From Eubacteriales bacterium (GTDB taxonomy: Bacteria > Bacillota > Clostridia > Oscillospirales > CAG-382), in contig JAZNUB010000069.1 in the NCBI GenBank assembly GCA_045592105.1, positions 114,273 to 178,272 on the forward strand: a stretch of DNA of 64,000 nucleotides. The letters are read 5' to 3'. A program made the position numbers and the translations under genes. The notes beneath the pieces are model-generated. The model was not told the DNA's origin. It did not search any database and saw only the letters and a program-made list of their open reading frames with translations. Within the stretch, counting starts at the first letter, position 1. Each line of letters starts with the position of its first letter. This document shows, piece after piece, positions 1 through 9,898 of this stretch.

Positions 1-474
1 GCTTCTAATGATATCCAGCGTGCAACCGATATTGCAAGAAAAATGGTAACCCAGCTTGGTATGAGCGATATCTTAGGGCCTATAGTGTTTGGAACGGGGA
101 ACGAAGAAGTGTTTCTTGGCAAGGATTTCTCCAACACGCGCAACTTCTCCGAGAAGGTTGCCGCGCAGATTGACGATGAAATACACCGTATTGTAACCGA
201 CGGTTATAAACTTGCAGAAAAGATAATAAACGAGCATATGAATGAGATGCACTTTATTGCTGAGTATCTTGTAGCTAACGAGATGATGGATGCGGATCAG
301 TTCCTTGCGGTATTTGATGGTGAGCCAACGTTTGAAAAGCTTGATAACATCAAGAAAGAAAAGGAAGAACGCAGTAAAGAAGCTAACCGCCGCCGTGCTG
401 AAGAGGCAAAGGCAAAAGCTGATGCAAACAACAACGATGATACTGCAGAAAACGCGGTAGAAAATAATGAGTAG
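1..474 (+). CDS. ftsH: ATP-dependent zinc metalloprotease FtsH, C-terminal part (5' end outside window)
   Basis: Frame open from base 1: ASNDIQRATDIARKMVTQLGMS..LGP..FLGKDF..FSEKVAAQIDDEI, typical peptidase M41 C-terminus. Confidence 0.93.
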   Translation, partial: ASNDIQRATDIARKMVTQLGMSDILGPIVFGTGNEEVFLGKDFSNTRNFSEKVAAQIDDEIHRIVTDGYKLAEKIINEHMNEMHFIAEYLVANEMMDADQFLAVFDGEPTFEKLDNIKKEKEERSKEANRRRAEEAKAKADANNNDDTAENAVENNE

Positions 475-1249
475 TTTTGTTGACGTAGATAATAAATGCT
501 ATCTTGGCGGGTATATTTCGGTATACTCCGCCTTGATTGCCAACAGCAGGAAGGTATGCGCCGTTCTTCTTGACAAAGCAAGATACGATAAGGTGATGAA
601 AGGAAAGTATCACCAAGCGGAAAAACGCCAGTACAGCCTTTTGAAAAGGGTGTGTGCGGAAAAAAGCGTGCCTGTTCGGTTTACATCCTTTAACGGTAGG
701 GAAGCGGAGCTTGGCTTTGAATGCGGTGGCATAGCCGCAGAGGTGGGCGAGCGCATCTACACAAGCGAGGAACAGCTTTTGTCCTTGGAGAAACCGTATC
801 TTGCCGCATTGGACGGTATAGAGGACCCGTATAACTTTGGGCAGGTTTTGCGTAGCTTTTACGCTTCGGGTGTTGACGGTGTTATAGTACCAAAACGGAA
901 CTTTTTTACTGCATCCGCTATTGTTGCAAGAGCATCTGCCGGTGCTTCCGAGCTTATGAAGGTTTGCGCCGTTGACGATATGGAGCAATTTTGCGATAAG
1001 CTTAACCAGCGGGGCATCAACGTTTACGCTACCGCCGCAGATAAAAACGCGCTTGACGTGTTTAGTGCAGAGTATAAACGCCCCATTTGTGTTGTGTTTG
1101 GCGGTGAAAGGCGCGGTATATCCAAAAAGGTTATGGAAAAATGCCGTGCAACGCTTTGTATAACCTATCCAAGAAACGTTGGCGTGGCTTTGTCCGCATC
1201 GTCGGCAGCCGCTGTTGTGGCGTTTGAAATCGGCCGCAGGCTTAACTAA
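467..1249 (+). CDS. TrmH/SpoU-family RNA 2'-O-methyltransferase (RlmB-like)
   Basis: LDGIEDPYNFGQVLRS, ARASAGA, VFGGERRGI SPOUT motifs. Confidence 0.88.
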   Translation: MSSFVDVDNKCYLGGYISVYSALIANSRKVCAVLLDKARYDKVMKGKYHQAEKRQYSLLKRVCAEKSVPVRFTSFNGREAELGFECGGIAAEVGERIYTSEEQLLSLEKPYLAALDGIEDPYNFGQVLRSFYASGVDGVIVPKRNFFTASAIVARASAGASELMKVCAVDDMEQFCDKLNQRGINVYATAADKNALDVFSAEYKRPICVVFGGERRGISKKVMEKCRATLCITYPRNVGVALSASSAAAVVAFEIGRRLN

Positions 1250-1847
1250 AGAAAACGTTTGGCACTTCGCCTGCTATAATGTTTTCGCACAGCGCAACGT
1301 AAAATTCGGTTTTATGTACCGTTCCTCCAAACGGTGGCGCACCGCTGAAGCTTGCCGTAAACTTTAAGCCTACCCTGTGCAGGGTATGGTTTATACCAAC
1401 TGAATCAAATGTATTTATCGTGTCGCATTCAATGGTACCCAGCGGCACGATTTTTACGTTTATTTTAGGCCCGTAGCCAGACAAAAGCTTTGTTCCGCTG
1501 ACGTTGCCCATTGGCATCTTAAAGCTTTCGTAACGCAGTTTTTCGGTTTCTGTCAGTATTGCTTTCTCAAGCTCGGCTTGTATAGTGTTCACAGCCGCGC
1601 TGTTTATGCTTATAGTGCTTATACTGCCGCTTTCTGTATAGCTGTATTTGCATATTGATGCAAATAAGCTTTCATTATCGGCTATATACGCGTATATACA
1701 GCTATTCACCCTAAAGTGTACGGTGTTTTTCAATATATATCTGCTGTATTCGTTTATTGCGCTTTCTGTTTTGTAATATGTAAAGCCAATACTAAACAGC
1801 AAAACCACGGATGTGAGAATAAGCACTATTCTTGTTTTTGTTTTCAA
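1242..1847 (-). CDS. yunB: Sporulation protein YunB family (probable TTG start after GGTGAT)
   Basis: N-terminal TM; MPMGNVSGTKLLSGYGPKINVKIVPLG..FDSVGINHTLHR..IIAGEVP. Confidence 0.8.
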   Translation of the reverse strand: MKTKTRIVLILTSVVLLFSIGFTYYKTESAINEYSRYILKNTVHFRVNSCIYAYIADNESLFASICKYSYTESGSISTISINSAAVNTIQAELEKAILTETEKLRYESFKMPMGNVSGTKLLSGYGPKINVKIVPLGTIECDTINTFDSVGINHTLHRVGLKFTASFSGAPPFGGTVHKTEFYVALCENIIAGEVPNVFFS

Positions 1848-1863
1848 AATTATCACCATTAGC

Positions 1864-1890
1864 ATTATATGCCTTAAATACATAATAAAC
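1864..1890 (-). promoter_or_regulatory. Possible sigma-E-type promoter of yunB
   Basis: Minus strand GTTTAT..CATATAAT; the -10 fits cATAcanT, the -35 is weak. Confidence 0.4.
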
Positions 1891-1915
1891 ACATTAAGGT
1901 TTTATCCTTTCTGTG

Positions 1916-1944
1916 TTGACAATTGTTCAAAAATGCATTATAAT
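1916..1944 (+). promoter_or_regulatory. Sigma-A promoter of iorAB
   Basis: TTGACA-17-TATAAT exact consensus. Confidence 0.85.
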
Positions 1945-1979
1945 ACACAAGAATCTTGATAAAAGGGGACATATTTATC

Positions 1980-3710
1980 GTGAACAAAAAATTATTGCTT
2001 GGCAATGCAGCCATCGCCCGCGGCTTGTACGAGGCAGGCTGTACATATGTTTCCAGCTATCCCGGTACACCTTCTACCGAGATAACCGAAAACGCAGCGC
2101 TTTATGAAGAAATATATGCGGAATGGGCTCCTAACGAAAAGGTAGCGTGTGAAAGTGCACTTGGTGCTTCCATAGCAGGTGCGCGCGCATTTACCGCAAT
2201 GAAGCACGTTGGCTTAAACGTTGCGGCAGACCCGCTTTTCACCTCATCCTACACAGGTGTAAACGGCGGCTTTGTTATTTGCGTTGCAGACGACCCTGCT
2301 ATGCATTCTTCTCAGAACGAGCAGGATTCCCGCCATTACGCTATCGCCGCAAAGCTTCCTATGCTTGAGCCGGTTGATTCCGGTGAGTGCTTGGAGTTTG
2401 CAAAAGCAGCCTTTGAGCTTTCTGAAAAATTTGATACGCCTGTTTTGCTTCGTGTTTGCACTCGCGTTGCACATTCGCAAAGCATTGTAACGCTGTCTGA
2501 CAGGGAAAACGTTCCTTTGAAGGAATATGTAAAGAACCCGCAGAAGTATATAATGAACCCCGGTAACGCTATACGCCGCCATCCCGTTGTAGAACAGCGT
2601 ATGGTAGATATTTGCGAGTATTCCAAAGCTTCCGCGCTTAACCGTATAGAGTGGGGCGATAAAAAGATAGGCATAATCGCTTCAGGTGCTTCTTATCTGT
2701 ATGCTAAAGAGGTTTTCGGCAGCAACGCATCCTATCTTAAGCTTGGCATCGTAAACCCGTTGAATGCTGATTATCTTAAGGCGTTCGCAGCAGAGGTTGA
2801 AACGGTTTATGTTATCGAGGAGCTTGACGGGATTATAGAAGCCTTTTGTAAGGCTAACGGCATTAACTGCATCGGTAAGGACGTTCTTCCTATTACGGGT
2901 GAGTATTCTCAACAGCTTCTCGCAAAGCTTTTACTTGATAAAGAAAACGATTGCGAGGTTTACGACGGTAAGGTTCCTGTGCGTCCTCCGATTATGTGCC
3001 CCGGCTGTCCGCACAGAGGGTTGTTTTACGTTCTTAAAAAGCTTGGCTTAACCGTGCTTGGTGATATCGGATGCTACACCCTTGGCGGTACTGCTCCGCT
3101 TTCTGCACTTGATACTACCATTTGTATGGGTGCTTCCGTTTCGGGTTTACACGGCTTTAACAAGGCAAGGACTGACAGCGTTAATAAAACCGTTGCCGTT
3201 ATCGGTGACTCTACGTTTATGCATTCGGGCATAACAGGTCTTGTAAATATCGCATACAACCGCAGTGTTTCCACGGTGCTTGTGCTTGACAACCATATTA
3301 CGGGTATGACAGGGCATCAGCAAAACCCGTGCACAGGTTTAACCCTTAAGAATGTTCCTGTTGAGCCTATCGTTATTGAGGATGTATGTAAGGCTGTTGG
3401 TATCAAGCGCGTTCGTATTACTGACCCTAACGATATCAAAGCTACTGAAGCCGCAATTAAAGAGGAGCTTGCTGTTGAAGAACCTTCCGTGATTGTAGTA
3501 AGGCGTCCGTGCGCTTTGCTAAAGAAGGTAAACTACGGATGTAAGTACACGGTTTCTGCTGATGATTGCCGCGCTTGTAAGATGTGTATGCGTATAGGCT
3601 GCCCCGCTATCAGCTTTAAAGATGGCAAGGCGTTTATTGATTCCACGCTTTGCGTTGGATGCGGCCTTTGTGATACGATGTGCAATTTCAATGCGATAAA
3701 GAAGGTGTAA
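1980..3710 (+). CDS. iorA: Indolepyruvate ferredoxin oxidoreductase alpha subunit (GTG start)
   Basis: LLGNAAIARG, SYPGTPSTEI, MKHVGLNVAAD, CPGCPH, GDSTFMHSG TPP motif, two C-terminal CxxCxxC ferredoxin motifs. Confidence 0.93.
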   Translation: MNKKLLLGNAAIARGLYEAGCTYVSSYPGTPSTEITENAALYEEIYAEWAPNEKVACESALGASIAGARAFTAMKHVGLNVAADPLFTSSYTGVNGGFVICVADDPAMHSSQNEQDSRHYAIAAKLPMLEPVDSGECLEFAKAAFELSEKFDTPVLLRVCTRVAHSQSIVTLSDRENVPLKEYVKNPQKYIMNPGNAIRRHPVVEQRMVDICEYSKASALNRIEWGDKKIGIIASGASYLYAKEVFGSNASYLKLGIVNPLNADYLKAFAAEVETVYVIEELDGIIEAFCKANGINCIGKDVLPITGEYSQQLLAKLLLDKENDCEVYDGKVPVRPPIMCPGCPHRGLFYVLKKLGLTVLGDIGCYTLGGTAPLSALDTTICMGASVSGLHGFNKARTDSVNKTVAVIGDSTFMHSGITGLVNIAYNRSVSTVLVLDNHITGMTGHQQNPCTGLTLKNVPVEPIVIEDVCKAVGIKRVRITDPNDIKATEAAIKEELAVEEPSVIVVRRPCALLKKVNYGCKYTVSADDCRACKMCMRIGCPAISFKDGKAFIDSTLCVGCGLCDTMCNFNAIKKV

Positions 3711-3712
3711 TT

Positions 3713-4297
3713 ATGAAACAAACTACCAATATAATGATATCAGGTGTTGGCGGTCAGGGCTCATTGTTGGCAAGCCGTATTTTGGGCGCGCTTGCAATAA
3801 ATAAGGGTTTTGACGTTAAGGTTTCCGAGGTGCACGGTATGGCACAGCGCGGCGGTAGCGTTGTAACTTACGTTCGCTATTCCGAGGACAAGGTTGCTTC
3901 CCCCGTTATTTGTAAGGGTGAGGCGGATTTCCTTCTGTGCTTTGAACAGCTTGAAGCAGCGCGTTGGCTATCGTATTTAAAGGTTGGCGGCGTGCTTGTT
4001 ACAAACACGCAAAAGATTTTGCCTATGCCCGTTGTTACAGGTGCAGAGGAGTATCCAGAAGGGATAGTTGATGCAATAAAAGCAAAGAACGTTAACGTTA
4101 TCGCTCTTGATGCGCTAAAGCTTGCGGCTGAGGCAGGAAGCGAAAAAGCCGTAAACGTTGTGCTTATCGGTGCTTTTGCACGTTTTTGCGAATTCACGAA
4201 GGAAGAGGTTGAGGAGTGCATCAGAAGCTGTGTTCCGCCTAAATTCCTTGATATTAACCTTAAAGCCTTTGAGCTTGGATATAACAGCGCGATATAA
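3713..4297 (+). CDS. iorB: Indolepyruvate oxidoreductase beta subunit
   Basis: GVGGQG, SEVHGMAQRGGSV; directly follows iorA. Confidence 0.92.
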   Translation: MKQTTNIMISGVGGQGSLLASRILGALAINKGFDVKVSEVHGMAQRGGSVVTYVRYSEDKVASPVICKGEADFLLCFEQLEAARWLSYLKVGGVLVTNTQKILPMPVVTGAEEYPEGIVDAIKAKNVNVIALDALKLAAEAGSEKAVNVVLIGAFARFCEFTKEEVEECIRSCVPPKFLDINLKAFELGYNSAI

Positions 4298-4319
4298 ATA
4301 ATTATTTTTCAAAAAAGGC

Positions 4320-4348
4320 TTGACAAAGGACGAAAAGCGTTATATAAT
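4320..4348 (+). promoter_or_regulatory. Sigma-A promoter of rpmB
   Basis: TTGACA-17-TATAAT. Confidence 0.85.
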
Positions 4349-4381
4349 TAATTGTTATGTAAAATCATTGGGGGTGTCGAG

Positions 4382-4570
4382 ATGGCAAAATGCGAATATT
4401 GCGATAAGACGGTTGGGTTCGGTCACAACGTTTCCCACTCTAACAGAAAAAGCAGCCGTACTTGGAAGCCGAACATCAGAAAAGTTAAGGCCGTTGTAAA
4501 CGGTGCAACTAAGTCTGTACATGTTTGCTCCCGTTGCCTGCGTTCCGGCAAGGTTCAGAGAACTGTCTAA
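4382..4570 (+). CDS. rpmB: 50S ribosomal protein L28 (zinc-ribbon form)
   Basis: MAKCEYC..GHNVSHSNRKSSRTWKPN..VCSRCLRSGKV. Confidence 0.96.
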   Translation: MAKCEYCDKTVGFGHNVSHSNRKSSRTWKPNIRKVKAVVNGATKSVHVCSRCLRSGKVQRTV

Positions 4571-4585
4571 TTAAATCGAAAGTAA

Positions 4586-4614
4586 AAAGGCGTAACCGAA
4601 ACGGTTACGCCTTT
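4586..4614. terminator. Bidirectional intrinsic terminator
   Basis: AAAGGCGTAACCG-AAA-CGGTTACGCCTTT perfect stem between convergent genes. Confidence 0.85.
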
Positions 4615-4627
4615 AACCTTTTTATGT

Positions 4628-4780
4628 TTACAGGTAGGAGATAATTATTATTGCTATTATCGCTGCAACGGCAACGCCTGCAGTTGTGTAAGCGATAATG
4701 TTTGCAATCTTATTCTTTTTCGCAATTGTTTCGCGCCTTTTTTCCGCAAGGGAAGAGGCGTTACTTTTTTTCTTAGCCAT
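4628..4780 (-). CDS. Small (50 aa) basic protein with a C-terminal TM helix; absent from the ORF track
   Basis: MAKKKSNASSLAEKRRETIAKKNKIANIIAYTTAGVAVAAIIAIIIISYL*, with a GGAGGT RBS and a terminator right after the stop. Confidence 0.75.
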   Translation of the reverse strand: MAKKKSNASSLAEKRRETIAKKNKIANIIAYTTAGVAVAAIIAIIIISYL

Positions 4781-4840
4781 AAAGACCTCCGATAAAACTT
4801 ATGGGGACTGCACAAAGCAGCCCCCACGTAAATGCATTAA

Positions 4841-5887
4841 TTACTGAAGCTCAGCAAAGTACTTAATGGTTCTAACCATCTGGCTGGTGTAGCTGTTTTC
4901 ATTGTCATACCAAGAAACAACCTGTACCTGATAGGTATCATCATCAATCTTTGTAACCATGGTCTGGGTAGCATCGAAAATGGAACCGTAGGTAGAGCCG
5001 ATGATATCGGAAGAAACGATTTCGTCTTCATTGTAACCAAAGGAAGCAGAAGCAGCAGCCTTCATAGCAGCGTTGATGCCTTCCTTGGAAACGTCCTTAC
5101 CCTTAACAACAGCAACGAGTATAGTGGTAGAGCCGGTAGGTGTGGGAACACGCTGAGCAGAACCGATAAGCTTGCCGTTAAGTTCGGGGATAACAAGGCC
5201 GATAGCCTTTGCAGCGCCGGTGGAGTTGGGAACGATGTTGATAGCGCCAGCGCGAGATCTTCTAAGGTCGCCCTTTCTCTGAGGACCGTCAAGAATCATC
5301 TGGTCACCGGTGTATGCGTGAACGGTGGTCATAATACCGGAAAGGATAGTAGCGTAATCGTTAAGAGCCTTAGCCATAGGAGCGAGGCAGTTAGTGGTGC
5401 AGGAAGCAGCGGAAATGATGTTGTCATTAGCGCTGAGGATGCCTTCGTTTACGCCGAAAACAACGGTAGGAAGATCGTTGCCTGCGGGAGCAGAGATAAC
5501 AACCTTCTTAGCGCCTGCGTCGATGTGAGCCTGGCCCTTAGCCTTAGAGGTGTAGAAACCGGTGCATTCAAGAACAACGTCAACACCGAGCTCGCCCCAA
5601 GGAAGTTCTGCAGCGTTAGCCTTAGCGTAGATAGTGATTTCCTTACCGTCAACGATGATGGAACCGCCAACAACCTTGCCTGCATCGTCAAGAGTTTCTT
5701 TATAAGAAACCTTGTCAGCAAGAGCGTATCTGCCCTGAGCAGAGTCATACTTCAGAAGGTGAGCAAGCATCTTGGGGCTGGTAAGGTCGTTGATAGCAAC
5801 AACTTCATAACCCTCAGCACCGAACATCTGTCTGAACGCAAGACGGCCTATGCGGCCAAAACCGTTAATAGCAACTTTTACAGCCAT
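4841..5887 (-). CDS. gap: Type I glyceraldehyde-3-phosphate dehydrogenase
   Basis: [27 protein letters not shown]; GGAGG RBS before the ATG at 5887. Confidence 0.97.
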   Translation of the reverse strand: MAVKVAINGFGRIGRLAFRQMFGAEGYEVVAINDLTSPKMLAHLLKYDSAQGRYALADKVSYKETLDDAGKVVGGSIIVDGKEITIYAKANAAELPWGELGVDVVLECTGFYTSKAKGQAHIDAGAKKVVISAPAGNDLPTVVFGVNEGILSANDNIISAASCTTNCLAPMAKALNDYATILSGIMTTVHAYTGDQMILDGPQRKGDLRRSRAGAINIVPNSTGAAKAIGLVIPELNGKLIGSAQRVPTPTGSTTILVAVVKGKDVSKEGINAAMKAAASASFGYNEDEIVSSDIIGSTYGSIFDATQTMVTKIDDDTYQVQVVSWYDNENSYTSQMVRTIKYFAELQ

Positions 5888-5984
5888 GATAAAAAATACC
5901 TCCAAAAATTTTTTCTTCAAGCTGTATTCTATATCATAAATCCAAAAAATACAAGTGTTTTTTGCAAATTAGTTACACTAAACA

Positions 5985-6013
5985 TTGCATTTTTGGTAAA
6001 ATGATGATATAAT
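5985..6013 (+). promoter_or_regulatory. Sigma-A promoter of the tadA-metG operon
   Basis: TTGCAT-17-TATAAT with extended -10 TG. Confidence 0.7.
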
Positions 6014-6042
6014 AGCCTAACAAATTGGGGAAAGTTGGATAT

Positions 6043-6528
6043 ATGGACGATAAATTTTATATGAAACAAGCCATAAAAAGGGCAAAGGTTGCTTATAAAG
6101 ACGGTGAAACTCCGGTGGGGGCTGTTATCGTTAAGGATGGCGTTGTTATTGCAAGCGGAAGGAACTATAGAGAGAACAAGAAAAACGCGCTTATGCACGC
6201 GGAGCTTGTTGCGATAAACCGTGCTTGCAAAAAGCTTGGAAGCTGGCGGCTTGTTGGCTGTGATTTGTACGTTACTTTGGAGCCGTGCCCGATGTGTGCG
6301 GGTGCCGCAATTAATGCGCGCATAAGGCGCGTTGTTTACGGTGCTTCAGATGGTAAAGCGGGCTCGTTTGGCAGCCTTGTTAATTTAAATGATTATCCGT
6401 ATAACCATAAGCCCGAAATTGTAAGCGGCGTGTTGGGAGAGGAATGTGCTATGCTGCTTTCCGATTTCTTTAAGGAGCTGCGTATTAAAAAGAAAAATAA
6501 GCCTTATATCAAGGAGGAAAATATATGA
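6043..6528 (+). CDS. tadA: tRNA adenosine(34) deaminase
   Basis: GETPVGAVIV, HAE, TLEPCPMCAGA. Confidence 0.92.
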   Translation: MDDKFYMKQAIKRAKVAYKDGETPVGAVIVKDGVVIASGRNYRENKKNALMHAELVAINRACKKLGSWRLVGCDLYVTLEPCPMCAGAAINARIRRVVYGASDGKAGSFGSLVNLNDYPYNHKPEIVSGVLGEECAMLLSDFFKELRIKKKNKPYIKEENI

Positions 6529-8468
6529 AAGAAAAATATTATATTACAACTGCAATTGTTTACACCTCGCAGAAGCCTCATATAGGCAATATGTATGAGA
6601 TTGTGCTTACCGACTGTATTGCGCGTTATAAGCGCCAACGTGGGTATGATGTGTATTTTCTAACAGGCACCGATGAACACGGACAAAAAATACAAAACTA
6701 TGCCGAAAAAGCGGGTGTTACCCCCAAAGCTTACGTTGACGGCGTAACCGAAGGCATAAAGGATATGTACCGTCTTTTTGATATCAGCTATGATGGCTTT
6801 ATCAGAACTACCGATAAAAAGCACGAAGAAACCGTGCAGAAAATCTTTAAAAAGCTTTATGAGCAGGGCGATATTTACAAGGGCGCATACGAGGGTATGT
6901 ATTGTACCCCCTGTGAATCTTTTTGGACAAGCGCACAGTTAAAGGACGGTTGCTGTCCTGACTGTGGCGGCAAGGTTTCCCCTGCGAAGGAGGAGGCGTA
7001 TTTCCTTCGTCTTTCCAAGTATCAGGATAAGCTTATTGAGTATATCGAAACACACGATGAGTTTATTACTCCTACCGCAAGAAAGAACGAAATGCTTAAT
7101 AACTTTCTTCGTCCCGGCCTTCAGGACCTTTGCGTTTCGCGCAGTACCTTTAATTGGGGTATCCCCGTAAGCTTTGATGATAAGCACGTTATCTACGTTT
7201 GGGTTGACGCGCTTTCCAACTATATAACCGCTATCGGCTACGATACCGATAACCCTACGGAGCAGTATAAAAAGCTGTGGCCTGCTGATATGCACGTTAT
7301 CGGTAAGGACATAGTGCGTTTCCACACCATATATTGGCCCATTATTCTTATGGCACTTGGCGAGCCGCTTCCAAAACGCGTTCTCGGCCATCCGTGGCTT
7401 TTGTTTGGTGAGGACAAGATGAGCAAATCCAAGGGCAATGTTCTTTACGGCGATAAGCTTGTGGAGCAGTTTGGGCTTGACGCTATAAGGTACTATCTGT
7501 TATCAGAGCTTCCGCTTCTTAACGATGGTAGTATCACCTACGAAACGCTTATTTCTCGTTGCAATACAGATCTCGCTAATATATACGGTAACCTTGTAAG
7601 CCGCACCGCCGCTATGATAAGCAAGTATTTTAACGGCGTTGTACCTGCACCTGCAGAGCCTACGGATAAGGACGAGGCTTTGAAGGCGGCCGTTGCTGAA
7701 TGTAAGGCGGTATTTACCGAAAAGATGGACGAATACCGTGTGGCTGATGCGGTTTCTGCTGTTATAACCTTCCTTAAAGCTTGCAACAAGTATATAGACG
7801 ATACCGCGCCTTGGGTTCTTGCTAAGGACGAAGCAAAGCGTGGCGTGCTTGCAAGCGTTATGGCAAACCTTGTGGAGGGTATAAGGCAGGCGTGCGTATT
7901 GCTTACACCGTTTATACCTCAAAGCTCTTCAAAGGTTGCGGCAACCTTTGGATTTGAGGGAGAAGCATTGAAATATGATTCTACAGGCAGTTTTTCTTAT
8001 TACGCAAGCGGCAAGGCTGTAAATGCAAGCGGCGTACTTTTCGCAAGAATAGACGAAAAGGCTTTTTATGAAAAGCTTAATGCAGAAAACGAAGCTAAAG
8101 CTAAGGCGGAAGCAAAAAAGGCTGAACAAAAGGAAGAAAAGGCAGTTGAAAAAATCAGCATAGACGATTTTGCAAAGGTAAACCTTATAGCATGTAAGGT
8201 TCTTGAGTGCGAGCCTGTTACTAAATCCGATAAGCTTTTAAAGCTTCAAGTGGATGACGGTAAGGGCGGTAGGCAGGTTGTTTCGGGCATAGCAAAGTTT
8301 TATAAGCCCGAAGAGCTTATAGGTAAAACCCTGGTTTTGGTTGAAAACCTTAACCCCGTTAAGCTAAGAGGCGTTGAAAGCTGCGGCATGATACTTGCTT
8401 CAGGCGAAGAAAACGTTCGCGTTGTGGAGCTTGATTCTTCCGTACCTGCCGGAACAAAGATAAGGTAA
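6525..8468 (+). CDS. metG: Methionine--tRNA ligase with C-terminal tRNA-binding domain
   Basis: HIGN, TGTDEHG, CxxC knuckle, KMSKS, C-terminal Trbp/OB domain. Confidence 0.96.
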   Translation: MKEKYYITTAIVYTSQKPHIGNMYEIVLTDCIARYKRQRGYDVYFLTGTDEHGQKIQNYAEKAGVTPKAYVDGVTEGIKDMYRLFDISYDGFIRTTDKKHEETVQKIFKKLYEQGDIYKGAYEGMYCTPCESFWTSAQLKDGCCPDCGGKVSPAKEEAYFLRLSKYQDKLIEYIETHDEFITPTARKNEMLNNFLRPGLQDLCVSRSTFNWGIPVSFDDKHVIYVWVDALSNYITAIGYDTDNPTEQYKKLWPADMHVIGKDIVRFHTIYWPIILMALGEPLPKRVLGHPWLLFGEDKMSKSKGNVLYGDKLVEQFGLDAIRYYLLSELPLLNDGSITYETLISRCNTDLANIYGNLVSRTAAMISKYFNGVVPAPAEPTDKDEALKAAVAECKAVFTEKMDEYRVADAVSAVITFLKACNKYIDDTAPWVLAKDEAKRGVLASVMANLVEGIRQACVLLTPFIPQSSSKVAATFGFEGEALKYDSTGSFSYYASGKAVNASGVLFARIDEKAFYEKLNAENEAKAKAEAKKAEQKEEKAVEKISIDDFAKVNLIACKVLECEPVTKSDKLLKLQVDDGKGGRQVVSGIAKFYKPEELIGKTLVLVENLNPVKLRGVESCGMILASGEENVRVVELDSSVPAGTKIR

Positions 8469-8474
8469 CTTCTT

Positions 8475-9269
8475 ATGCAAAGCGATTTTTTGATTGAAGA
8501 AGGCATATTTGATACGCACGCGCATTATGACGATAAACGATTTGATGAAGACAGGGAAGATATACTAAGCGGCTTGTTTGAAAGCCGTAAGGTTTATGCC
8601 GTTGTAAACTGCGGGTGTGACCTTGCCAGCTCTGCAAAAAGCTTAGAGCTGGCACATAAATATAAGCGAGTGTATGCCGCCGTTGGCATACACCCGCATG
8701 AAGCCGCAAGCGTAACAGATGCTGATTACGCGAAGATTGAAGCAATGCTTGCCGATGAAAAAGCTGTTGCGCTTGGTGAGATAGGGCTGGATTATCATTA
8801 CGATTTCTCCCCGCGTGATGTGCAAAAGCGTGTGCTTGAAGAACAGCTTTTGCTTGCAGAAACGCTTGGCGTGCCTGTGATAATTCACGATAGAGAAGCG
8901 CATGCGGATTGTGTTGAGGCGGTATTAAGGCACCCCAATGTTCGCGGTGTGTTTCACAGCTTTTCGGGCAGTGCGGAAACCGCAAAGGTTTTACAAAAGC
9001 AAGGGTGGTATCTGTCGTTTTCCGGTCCTGTTACGTTCAAGGACGCCAGAAAGACGATAGAAGCCGTTGCCGCTACCGCTAACGATAGGCTGCTTGTTGA
9101 AACCGATTGCCCGTATCTAACGCCCGTTCCGCACAGAGGGAAACGAAACCACAGCGGATATATCAAGCATATCATAGAAAAAATTGCGGAAATACGCGGA
9201 GAAAGCTATGATTTTATTGAAACCTTAACGCGTGAAAACGCAAAGAGATTTTTCGGTATAAAGGATTGA
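8475..9269 (+). CDS. tatD: TatD-family nuclease
   Basis: DTHAH, GIHPH, GEIGLDY, HDREAH, ETDCPYL. Confidence 0.94.
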   Translation: MQSDFLIEEGIFDTHAHYDDKRFDEDREDILSGLFESRKVYAVVNCGCDLASSAKSLELAHKYKRVYAAVGIHPHEAASVTDADYAKIEAMLADEKAVALGEIGLDYHYDFSPRDVQKRVLEEQLLLAETLGVPVIIHDREAHADCVEAVLRHPNVRGVFHSFSGSAETAKVLQKQGWYLSFSGPVTFKDARKTIEAVAATANDRLLVETDCPYLTPVPHRGKRNHSGYIKHIIEKIAEIRGESYDFIETLTRENAKRFFGIKD

Positions 9270-9276
9270 ATTTATT

Positions 9277-9876
9277 ATGACTGTTTGCTACACCGTTAAT
9301 AAAGGACTATACATAAATTTAACCAATCGTTGCTCTAACGCTTGCGAGTTTTGTATTAGGCAAAACGGCGAAGGCGTTTACGGTAGTGACAGTCTTTGGC
9401 TTGAGAGAGAGCCGGAGGCTGATGAGGTTATCGAATGTATAAAAAAATACGACCTAACACAGTTTGAGGAGCTTGTTTTCTGCGGCTATGGCGAGCCTAC
9501 CGAGAGGGCAGACGTGCTTGTGGCTGTTGCAAAGGCGGTAAAACAAATGTGTGATATCTCCATTCGCATAAACACAAACGGCCACGGTAACTTGATAAAC
9601 GGCAGGGACATAACGCCGGACTTTAAGGAAATTATAGATGTTGTTTCTGTAAGCCTTAACTGCGCTAACGCAGAGGATTATGAAAAAATTTGCCATCCTC
9701 GCTTTGGTATAAAAGCTTATGAAGGGCTTATAGAATTTGCGCGCCTATGTGTACCGCAGGTAAAAAGCGTTGTGCTTTCGGTTGTTGACACAACTATCAC
9801 CAATGAAGATATAAAGCGTTGTGAGGAAACGGCAAAAAGTATCGGTGCTGTTTTAAGGGTGCGCCCGTTTGAATAG
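9277..9876 (+). CDS. TatD-associated radical SAM protein
   Basis: LYINLTNRCSNACEFC (CxxxCxxC), FCGYGEP, RINTNG; adjacent to tatD. Confidence 0.88.
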   Translation: MTVCYTVNKGLYINLTNRCSNACEFCIRQNGEGVYGSDSLWLEREPEADEVIECIKKYDLTQFEELVFCGYGEPTERADVLVAVAKAVKQMCDISIRINTNGHGNLINGRDITPDFKEIIDVVSVSLNCANAEDYEKICHPRFGIKAYEGLIEFARLCVPQVKSVVLSVVDTTITNEDIKRCEETAKSIGAVLRVRPFE

Positions 9877-9898
9877 TATTTAATAACGGAGGATGTAT

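Noticed and set aside
5955-5982. Possible Rex operator near the gap promoter
   Set aside because: Too many mismatches to TTGTGAA-N4-TTCACAA to support.
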